DNA from: an uncultured Solirubrobacterales bacterium
GTDB lineage: Bacteria; Actinomycetota; Thermoleophilia; Solirubrobacterales; Solirubrobacteraceae
Reading direction: 5' to 3'
DNA: 64,000 nucleotides
Assembly (NCBI GenBank): GCA_963832315.1
Contig: CAWHTT010000009.1
Span: forward strand, 14,110 to 78,109
How positions within the stretch are numbered: position 1 is the first letter of the stretch; the number at the start of each line of letters is the position of its first letter. The translations under genes were made by a program, and so were the position numbers. The notes beneath the pieces are model-generated. The model was not told where the DNA came from. It worked only from the letters and a program-made list of their open reading frames with translations, and searched no databases. Shown in pieces: positions 27,431 through 35,549 of the stretch.

Positions 27431-28201
27431 TTGGGCACGCTAGCCGCAGTCGTAGTACTCCTACCCAAGTCACACCTCAGCATCATTGGGGGCGAGATCA
27501 TCGGGACAGCGCTCCTGATCCTGCTCGGCGACGGCGTGGTAGCTGCAGTACTGCTGGCCAAGTCGAAGGCCGAGAACTCGGGGTGGATCGTCATCACGTT
27601 CGGGTGGGGCATGGCGGTGGCGATGGCCGTCTACGCCGTCGGGTACTTCACCGGCGCGCACCTCAACCCGGCGGTGACGCTGGGTATCTGGATCCACGGG
27701 GGAATCGACGGCGGCCAGGCGATCAGGTACTTCATCGGTGAGTTCATCGGCGCCATGCTCGGCGCCTTCCTCGTCTACCTCACCTATTACCTGCACTGGC
27801 GGGACACCGAGGATCCGGGGTTGAAGTTGGCGGTGTTCTCGACCGGTCCAGCGGTCCGCAGCTACGGGTGGAACCTGTTCACCGAGATCGTCGGCACGTT
27901 TGTGCTGGTCTTCGGAGTTTTCGCAATCACGGGTCCGTGGAACGCGATCACGCCAGGCCTGACGCCCCTACTGATCGGCCTGCTGGTGTTCGCCATCGGC
28001 CTGTCGCTCGGCGGCCCGACTGGTTACGCGATCAACCCGGCGCGCGACCTCGGACCGCGAATCATGCACGCGATCTTGCCCATCCCCGGCAAGGGCGGGT
28101 CGGATTGGTCGTACGCGTGGGTGCCGGTCGTCGGGCCGCTGATCGGGGGCGCGCTCGCCGCGATCTTCTTCGACGCCGTCTTCGGCAGCGCCCCGCTCTA
28201 A
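27431..28201 (+). CDS. glpF: glycerol uptake facilitator (MIP/aquaglyceroporin)
   Basis: Two NPA boxes (HLNPAVT, INPARD). GAGGAGGGAG RBS 7 nt upstream of the TTG start. Confidence 0.9.
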   Translation: MGTLAAVVVLLPKSHLSIIGGEIIGTALLILLGDGVVAAVLLAKSKAENSGWIVITFGWGMAVAMAVYAVGYFTGAHLNPAVTLGIWIHGGIDGGQAIRYFIGEFIGAMLGAFLVYLTYYLHWRDTEDPGLKLAVFSTGPAVRSYGWNLFTEIVGTFVLVFGVFAITGPWNAITPGLTPLLIGLLVFAIGLSLGGPTGYAINPARDLGPRIMHAILPIPGKGGSDWSYAWVPVVGPLIGGALAAIFFDAVFGSAPL

Positions 28202-28212
28202 AAGGACGAACT

Positions 28213-29214
28213 ATGAAAAAGCTGATCAACGCGCCCGACGCGGTACTTCAGGACGCGCTGCATGGAGTTGAAGCAGCGCATGGCGACCGCGTTCGGGTCA
28301 TCTACGACCCGCCGGTTGTCGTGCGAATCGACGCGCCGGTTCAGGGCAAGGTGGGACTCGTGTCAGGCGGAGGCTCGGGCCACGAGCCGATGCACGGTGG
28401 CTACGTCGGCCCAGGGATGCTGGACGCTGCGTGCCCGGGGGAGGTGTTCACCTCCCCCACGCCCGACCAGATGCTGGAAGCCACCAAGGCCGTGAACGGT
28501 GGCGCCGGAGTCGTCCACATCGTCAAGAACTACACGGGCGATGTGATGAATTTCGACATGGCCGCGGAGATGGGCAAGGGCGAGGACATCGAGGTCGAGA
28601 CCGTGCTCACCAACGACGACGTGGCCGTGGAGGATTCGCTCTACACGGCGGGCCGGCGCGGGGTCGGCGTGACCGTGCTGGTCGAGAAGATCTGCGGTGG
28701 CGCGGCCGACGACGGACGATCACTCAAGGAGGTCGCGGAGCTGGGGCGGCGGGTCAACGCCAACGGCCGCTCGATGGGCATGGCACTCACCCCGTGCATC
28801 ACCCCGTCCTCGGGTAACCCGAGCTTCGAGCTCGCCGACGACGAGGTGGAGATCGGCATCGGGATCCACGGCGAGCCCGGGCGCTTCCGCGAGAAGATCG
28901 GTCCGGCCTCGCAGATCGCCGAGCGCCTCATGACGCCGATCCTCGAGGACCTCCCGTTCAGCTCGGGCGACCGGGTGCTGGCCTTTGTCAACGGCATGGG
29001 CGGCACGCCGCTGATCGAGCTGTACGTGATGTACGCCGAGGTGGCCAAGATCGCTCAAGGCCATGGACTGACCATCGAGCGCAACCTGGTCGGCAACTAC
29101 ATCACCTCGCTCGAGATGCAGGGCTGTTCGATCACGCTGGTCAAGCTCGACGACGAGATGGTCCGCTACTGGGACGCCCCCGTGAACACCCCGGCCCTGC
29201 GCTGGGGCGCCTGA
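28213..29214 (+). CDS. dhaK: dihydroxyacetone kinase, DhaK subunit
   Basis: MKKLINAP.., [10 protein letters not shown] and [11 protein letters not shown] motifs. ATG 28213 lies inside the longer track ORF. Confidence 0.9.
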   Translation: MKKLINAPDAVLQDALHGVEAAHGDRVRVIYDPPVVVRIDAPVQGKVGLVSGGGSGHEPMHGGYVGPGMLDAACPGEVFTSPTPDQMLEATKAVNGGAGVVHIVKNYTGDVMNFDMAAEMGKGEDIEVETVLTNDDVAVEDSLYTAGRRGVGVTVLVEKICGGAADDGRSLKEVAELGRRVNANGRSMGMALTPCITPSSGNPSFELADDEVEIGIGIHGEPGRFREKIGPASQIAERLMTPILEDLPFSSGDRVLAFVNGMGGTPLIELYVMYAEVAKIAQGHGLTIERNLVGNYITSLEMQGCSITLVKLDDEMVRYWDAPVNTPALRWGA

Positions 29215-29235
29215 TCGCGCGGAGGGCGCCTGACG

Positions 29236-29857
29236 GTGGCCATCACACGCGACGCCGCGCTGGACTGGATGAACCGGTTCGCCGGCGAGATGTCCGAGCA
29301 CCGTGCCGAGCTTGTCGCGCTCGACACGGCGATCGGCGACGGCGATCACGGAACGAACATGAACCGGGGGATGACCAAGGCGGTGGAGAAGCTGGCCGCC
29401 GCCGAACAGGCCGATCCCGGCGCCGTGCTCAAGACCGTGGCGATGGCGCTCGTCTCGAGTGTGGGCGGGGCGGCCGGGCCCCTGTACGGCACGCTGTTCC
29501 TCCAGATGGGCGGGGCGCTGGCCGGTCAGGACGAGGTCGACCTCGAAAGCCTACGCGGCGGCGTGGCGCAAGGGCCTGGAGGGAGTCCAGGCCCGCGGCA
29601 AGGCCCAGCCCGGCGACAAGACGATGGTGGACGCGCTGATTCCAGCGGTGGAAGCGCTGGAATCCGCGTCCGATCTGCAAGCCGGTCTGCGCGCGGCTAC
29701 GCAGGCGGCCGAGGAAGGCATGAAGGCAACGACACCGCTCGTCGCGCGCAAGGGACGCGCCAGCTACCTGGGCGAGCGGTCGAAGGATCACCAAGACCCA
29801 GGCGCGACCTCCACCTACTACCTCTTCAAGACTGCAGCCGAGGCGCTCGCCGGCTGA
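29236..29857 (+). pseudogene. dhaL: dihydroxyacetone kinase DhaL subunit, split by a 1-nt frameshift (possible assembly error)
   Basis: The N-terminal half (DTAIGDGDHGTNMNRG) is in the frame of GTG 29236. The C-terminal half ([23 protein letters not shown]) is in the +1 frame, ending at 29857. The frames switch at AAA 29546..29548. Confidence 0.8.
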
Positions 29858-29870
29858 AAGGAGAACACGA

Positions 29871-31379
29871 ATGCCGAAGTACTCAGTTGCATTGGACCAG
29901 GGGACGACCAGCTCGCGGGCGATGGTCTTCGACCACTCGGGCCGCGTTGTCGCGGTGTCGCAGAAGGAGCACGAGCAGATCTATCCCAAGCCGGGCTGGG
30001 TCGAGCACGACCCGAAGGAGGTCTGGGCGCGCTGCCAGGAGGTGATCGACGAGGCCGTGGAGAAGGCGGGCGCGAGCCGTGACGACGTCGCCGCGCTCGG
30101 CATCACCAACCAGCGCGAGACCGCGGTCGTGTGGGACCGCAACACCGGCGAGCCGGTGATGAACGCGATCGTGTGGCAGGACACGCGTACCGACAAGCTC
30201 GTCGACGAGCTGTCCGCGGACGGCGGTCAGGACCGGTTCCGGTCGAAGGTCGGCCTGCCGCTCGCGACGTACTTCTCCGGGCCGAAGGTCCGGTGGATCC
30301 TCGACAACGTCGACGGCGCGCGCGAGAAGGCCGAGGCCGGCGACCTGGTGTTCGGCAACATGGACACGTGGTGCATCTGGAACCTGACCGGTGGCCCCAA
30401 CGGCGGCCTGCACATCACCGACGTGACCAACGCCAGCCGGACGATGCTGATGGACCTCGAGACGCTGGCCTGGGACAAGGACATCGCCTCGACGATCGGC
30501 GTGCCGATGTCGATGCTGCCCGAGATCAGGGCCTCGAGCGAGGTGTACGGCGAGGTCAGGACCGGCAACCTGACCGGCGTGCAGGTCGCCGGTGACCTCG
30601 GCGACCAGCAGGCGGCCACGTTCGGCCAGGCGTGCTTCGACGCCGGCGATGCCAAGAACACGTACGGCACGGGCAACTTCATGCTGCTCAACACGAGCAC
30701 CGAGGCCGTGCAGTCCAAGGCAGGCCTGCTGACCACGGTCTGTTACAAGATCGGCGACGAGGCGGCGGTGTACGCGCTCGAGGGCTCGATCGCGATCACC
30801 GGGGCACTCGTGCAGTGGCTGCGCGACAACCTGCACATGATCCAGGCCGCCCCGCAGGTCGAGGAGCTGGCCAAGTCGGTGGACGACAACGGCGGCCTGT
30901 ACATCGTGCCGGCGTTCAGCGGCCTGTTCGCGCCGTACTGGAAGTCCAACGCCCGCGGTGTGTTCGCCGGCCTGACCCGCTACGTCAACGCCGGTCACAT
31001 CGCTCGCGCCACGCTCGAGGCGACCGCGTTCCAGACCCGCGAGGTGATGGACGCGATGGAGTCGGACTCGGGCGTCACGCTGAACGAGCTCAAGGTCGAC
31101 GGCGGCATGGTTCAGAACGATCTGCTGATGCAGTTCCAGGCCGACATCCTCGGGGTGCCGGTGATCCGTCCCGAGGTGGCCGAGACGACCGCGCTGGGTG
31201 CGTCCTACGCGGCCGGGATGGCCGTCGGGTTCTGGAGCAGCACGCAGGAGGTCCGCGACAACTGGGCCGAGGACAAGCGCTGGGAGCCCAGCATGGACGC
31301 CGAAAAGCGCGACGAGTACTACAAGTACTGGAAGCGGGCGGTCACGCGGACGTTCGACTGGTTCGACGCGGGCAGCTAG
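29871..31379 (+). CDS. glpK: glycerol kinase (copy 2)
   Basis: [32 protein letters not shown]. Full-length FGGY glycerol kinase with AAGGAG RBS upstream. Confidence 0.9.
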   Translation: MPKYSVALDQGTTSSRAMVFDHSGRVVAVSQKEHEQIYPKPGWVEHDPKEVWARCQEVIDEAVEKAGASRDDVAALGITNQRETAVVWDRNTGEPVMNAIVWQDTRTDKLVDELSADGGQDRFRSKVGLPLATYFSGPKVRWILDNVDGAREKAEAGDLVFGNMDTWCIWNLTGGPNGGLHITDVTNASRTMLMDLETLAWDKDIASTIGVPMSMLPEIRASSEVYGEVRTGNLTGVQVAGDLGDQQAATFGQACFDAGDAKNTYGTGNFMLLNTSTEAVQSKAGLLTTVCYKIGDEAAVYALEGSIAITGALVQWLRDNLHMIQAAPQVEELAKSVDDNGGLYIVPAFSGLFAPYWKSNARGVFAGLTRYVNAGHIARATLEATAFQTREVMDAMESDSGVTLNELKVDGGMVQNDLLMQFQADILGVPVIRPEVAETTALGASYAAGMAVGFWSSTQEVRDNWAEDKRWEPSMDAEKRDEYYKYWKRAVTRTFDWFDAGS

Positions 31380-31397
31380 CACCTGGGGGCGAGGAAC

Positions 31398-31429
31398 GTT
31401 GAAGGCGGTCCACCCGGGCCGCCTTCAAC
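31398..31429 (+). terminator. intercistronic hairpin between glpK and glpA (attenuator/terminator candidate)
   Basis: GTTGAAGGCGG (31398..31408) pairs perfectly with CCGCCTTCAAC (31419..31429) across a 10-nt loop. No U-tract follows. Confidence 0.3.
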
Positions 31430-31445
31430 GGGATAGGCTGACACC

Positions 31446-33026
31446 ATGGCCGCTCTTAGCACCGATGTCTTGGTGATTGGCGGTGGCGCCACGGGCGCCG
31501 GCGTGGCCTGGGACGCCGCGCTGCGCGGCTACGACGTCGTGCTCGTCGACCGCGCCGATCTGGCCGAGGGCACGAGCGGCCGGTTCCATGGCCTGCTGCA
31601 CTCGGGTGGTCGCTACGCGGTCAAGGACCAGCACGCGGCCGAGGAGTGCATCGCCGAGAACCGCATCCTGAGGAGGATCTCGCCCGACTCGATCGAGGAC
31701 GTCGGCGGGTTCTTCGTCACCACCCCGTTCGACGACCCCGCGTACGCCGATGTGTTCGCGAAGGGATGCCGCGACACCGGCGTCGACTGCGAGGAGATCG
31801 ACCCGGCTGTCGCGCTGAAGGAGGAGCCGCTGCTGAACCCCAAGGTCTCGCGGGTGTTCCGCGTGCCGGACGGCAACATCGACGTCTGGAAGACCGTGTG
31901 GGCGCTGGCTCGCGGCGTCCAGGCGCACGGCGGCCGCGTGCTGCCCTATCACGCGGTGGTCGCCATCCATCGCGACGGCGATCGGGTCACGGGGGCCCGG
32001 CTGCGCGGTGCTGCCACCGGCGAGGAGATCGACGTCGAAGCCAAGGTGACCGTCAACGCCTCCGGCGCGTGGGCCGGCACGATCGCCGAGATGGCCGGGA
32101 TCGAGGGCGTCCGTGTGCTTCCGGGCCGGGGGATCATGATCGCGATGAACCACCGCCTGGTGAACACGTGCGTCAACCGCTGCCAGATGCCGACCGACGG
32201 CGACATCATCGTGCCGATCCGGACCGTGTGCGTGATCGGGACGACCGACGTGCACACCGAGGACCCTGACGACCACACGGTGATCCAGTCCGAGGTCGAT
32301 GCGATGCTCGACGACGGCGAGAAGCTCGTGCCCGGCTTCCGCCAGGCCCGGGCGCTGCGCGTGTGGACCGGCGTCCGTCCGCTGTTCGAGGACGCCAAGG
32401 CGTCTGACACTGACACGCGCGATGTCACACGCGCGCACGCGATGCTCGACCACGCGGAGCGCGACGGCGTGCAGGGCTTCGTGACGATCACCGGCGGCAA
32501 GCTCACTACGTTCCGGCTGATGGCCGAGGACACCATGGCGGCGGTCAGCCGGCACCTCGGTGACGAGCGTCCGTGCATGACCAAGACCGAGGCGCTGCCC
32601 GGCTCGGAGGAAGGAACCACCTACCACCTGGGCGAGCGGTTAGGCCGCAAGGAGGCGCGCTTGGCCGACGACCAGCTGATCTGCGAGTGCGAGATGGTCC
32701 CGCGGTGGAAGCTCGAGGAGGCGATGCAGCGCCGCGCGACGACGAACCTCGACGACATCCGCCGGCTGCTGCGGCTCGGAATGGGTCCGTGCCAGGGCGG
32801 GTTCTGCATCTATCGCGCCACCGGGATTCTGCACGGGCTCGACGGGCTCACCGCCGAGCAGGCCGACGAGTCGCTGCTGCACTTCCTCCGGGAACGGTGG
32901 AAGGGGGTGTGGCCGATCCTGTACGGCGACCAGCTCCGCCAGGCCCGGCTCGACGACTGGATCTTCCAGGGAGTCCTTGACGTGGAGCATCTGTCCGCGG
33001 TCAGTGAGGAGACTGTGGGATCGTGA
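31446..33026 (+). CDS. glpA: anaerobic glycerol-3-phosphate dehydrogenase subunit A
   Basis: FAD motif VLVIGGGATGAG, FHGLLHSGGRY, and a C-terminal BFD-like CECE..GPCQGGFC segment. Confidence 0.9.
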   Translation: MAALSTDVLVIGGGATGAGVAWDAALRGYDVVLVDRADLAEGTSGRFHGLLHSGGRYAVKDQHAAEECIAENRILRRISPDSIEDVGGFFVTTPFDDPAYADVFAKGCRDTGVDCEEIDPAVALKEEPLLNPKVSRVFRVPDGNIDVWKTVWALARGVQAHGGRVLPYHAVVAIHRDGDRVTGARLRGAATGEEIDVEAKVTVNASGAWAGTIAEMAGIEGVRVLPGRGIMIAMNHRLVNTCVNRCQMPTDGDIIVPIRTVCVIGTTDVHTEDPDDHTVIQSEVDAMLDDGEKLVPGFRQARALRVWTGVRPLFEDAKASDTDTRDVTRAHAMLDHAERDGVQGFVTITGGKLTTFRLMAEDTMAAVSRHLGDERPCMTKTEALPGSEEGTTYHLGERLGRKEARLADDQLICECEMVPRWKLEEAMQRRATTNLDDIRRLLRLGMGPCQGGFCIYRATGILHGLDGLTAEQADESLLHFLRERWKGVWPILYGDQLRQARLDDWIFQGVLDVEHLSAVSEETVGS

Positions 33027-34298
33027 GAGGCGAGCTGCACTACGACGCGGTCGTGATCGGCGCCGGTACCGCGGGCCTCGTCGCGGGCGCGCGGCTGGCC
33101 GAGGGCGGCGCGCGCGTGTGCGTGCTGTCCAAGGGCATCGGCTCGACGCACCTCGCGCCCGGGACGATCGACGTCCTCGGTTATGCGCCCGGGCGCGTGT
33201 CCTCGCCGCGGGCCGCGCTCGAGGAGTTCGCCGCCGCTCGGCCCGATCACCCGTACGCGCTGCTCGGCGTCGACGCGGTGGCCGAGGCGGTGCGCTGGTT
33301 CTCCGAGCGTGTCGCCGACGGGCCGCTCTCCGGGTATCGGTACGTCGGCGATCTCGAGCGCAACATCTTGCTGCCGACGGCGGTCGGCGCGCTCCGCCCG
33401 TCGGCGCTGGTGCCCGAGACGATGGCCGCCGGCGACGCGTCCTCCGGGCTCGGCCATGTGTGCGTAGTCGGCACGCGCACGCTGCGCGATTTCCACGCCT
33501 CTCTGTGCGCGGCCAACCTCGGCCGAGCCGGCGTCGGCGCGCGGTCGGTCGAGGTCGAGATCGAGGTCGATCGAGCCGACCAGAACGCGCTCGGGCTGGC
33601 GCGGCGGTTCGACGATCCCGCCTGGCGCGCGGCGTTCGCCGCCCGGCTGGCCTTGAAACTGCAGGCGGACGAGCGCGTCGGGCTGCCCGCGATGCTCGGG
33701 ATCCGCGATCCGCACGCCGTGTGGTCCGATCTCGAGCACCGTCTCGGCCGCCCCGTGTTCGAGATCCCGACGCTGCCGCCGTCGGTTCCCGGGATGCGCG
33801 TGTACGAGATTCTCCGCTCGGCGCTGCGCCGCGCCGGCGGACGGCTCGTGCTCGGCGCCGAGGTCGTGTCGTGCGAGCGCGACGGCTCGCGGGTGACGTC
33901 GGTGGCGACGGCGTCGGCCGGTCACGACGGCCCGCTACGCGGCCCCTTGGTTCGTGCTCGCCGCGGGCGGATTCGGGTCGGGGGCGATCGAGCTCGACTC
34001 ACGCTGGGCCACGCACGAGCGCGTGCTCGGGCTGCCGTTGCGCGGCCTCCCGGCGGCGGACGAGCCGCGCTTCGTCGGCGACTACCTGGCCGAGCAGCCG
34101 ATGGCCCGGGTCGGGATCGCGGTCGACGCGGAATTGCGCGCCGAGGGTGCGGAGAACGTGCTGGTGGCGGGCGCGGCGCTCCCGGGCGCGGTGCCGTGGC
34201 GCGAGGGATCGGGCGAGGGGATCGCGCTGGCCAGCGGCTCCCACGCCGCCGAGATGGTGTTGGCGGGGGCCGGCGCTCCCGCGGGAGCGGCAGCATGA
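33023..34298 (+). pseudogene. glpB: anaerobic glycerol-3-phosphate dehydrogenase subunit B, split by a 1-nt frameshift (possible assembly error)
   Basis: The GlpB-like N-terminal 300 aa (YDAVVIGAGTAGLVAG..) are in the frame of GTG 33023. The C-terminus (YAAPWFVLAAGGFGSG..) is in the +1 frame, ending at TGA 34298. The switch is near CCC 33931..33933. Confidence 0.8.
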
Positions 34299-34314
34299 GC
34301 GCGGGAGCGACGGC

Positions 34315-35548
34315 ATGAGCGACCACAACGTCCTCGAAGAGCTCATGCGGGGGTCGCTCGACCACTGCGTCAAGTGCACGATCTGCGAGACGCAGTGCCC
34401 GGTGTCGAACGTGACGCCGCTGTTCCCGGGGCCGAAGTACGCCGGCCCGCAGGCCGAGCGCTACCGGATCGCACGACGAGCCCTCGGTCGACGCGTCGGT
34501 CGACTATTGCTCGGGGTGCGGGATCTGCTCGATGGCCTGCCCGCAGGGGGTGAAGATCGCCGAGATCAACTCGCAGGCGCGAAACAAGCTCAAGCAGCAG
34601 AAGGGCATCCCGATCCGCGACCGGATCATCACCCGGCCGACTTGGCTCGGACGGGCGGGGACGCCGGTGGCGCCACTGGCCAACTTCACGATCGATTTTC
34701 GGCCGGCCCGGATCCTCGGCGAGAAGCTGCTGAAGATTCATCGCGACGCGGCCGCGCCGGACTTTGCGGGCCGGCGCTTCTCGCGGTGGGCGCGCAAGCA
34801 CCCTAGTCCCGCCACCGGCCGCAAGATCGTCTACTTCCACGGCTGCGGGACCGAGTACTACGAGCCGTGGGAGGGCGAGAAGGTCGTGGCGATCCTGGAG
34901 CACAACGGGTTCGAGGTCGTCGTGCCCAAGCAGGACTGCTGCGGTCTGCCGCTGCAATCGAGCGGCCTGTTCGACGACGCACGCAAGGTCGTGCTGAGAC
35001 TGGCGCGCGCGCTCGTGCCGTACGTCCGCGACGACCCGGACACGATCATCGTCGGCAACGCCACAAGCTGCACGCTGATGCTCAAGCGCGAGGCGCGCGA
35101 GATCCTCTCGCTCGAGGACGACCCAGATCTGAAGCTCGTGTCCGAGCGCACCTACGACATCTGCGAGCTGCTGCTCGAGCTGCACGATCGCGGCGAGCTC
35201 AAGACCGACTTCAAGGCGGTCAACGAACACATCTTCTACCACGCGCCCTGCCAGCAGCAGGGCCACTGGATCGGCAAGCCGGCGCTCGAATTGTTCGCGC
35301 TGATCCCCGGCCTCGAAGTCACCGAGGGGAACGCCCGGTGCTGCGGGATCGCCGGGACGTACGGATTGAAGGCCGAGAAATACGACATCTCGATGGCGGT
35401 CGGGGCTGACCTGTTCGGCCAGGTCAAGGCGTCGGGCGCCGGCGAGGTCGCGTGCGACAGCGAAACCTGTCGCTGGCAGATCTCCCACGCCACCGGCCAC
35501 AAGTCGGTGCACCCGATCGACTACCTGCACCGCGCGTACGGACTCTGA
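34315..35548 (+). pseudogene. glpC: anaerobic glycerol-3-phosphate dehydrogenase subunit C, split by a 1-nt frameshift (possible assembly error)
   Basis: The first ferredoxin motif CVKCTICETQCP is in the frame of ATG 34315. The second, CSGCGICSMACP, and the two CCG domains are in the +1 frame (track ORF 34532..35548). The switch is at about 34466..34471. Confidence 0.85.
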
Positions 35549-35549
35549 C

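Noticed and set aside
29883-31382. 499-aa minus-strand ORF antisense to glpK copy 2.
   Set aside because: Same reasoning: it is the mirror frame of a clear gene.
32977-34806. 609-aa plus-strand ORF crossing glpA, glpB and glpC.
   Set aside because: Only its segment 34315 to about 34470 (MSDHNVLEELMRGSLDHCVKCTICETQCP..) is real coding sequence, the N-terminus of glpC. The rest is Arg-rich out-of-frame read-through.
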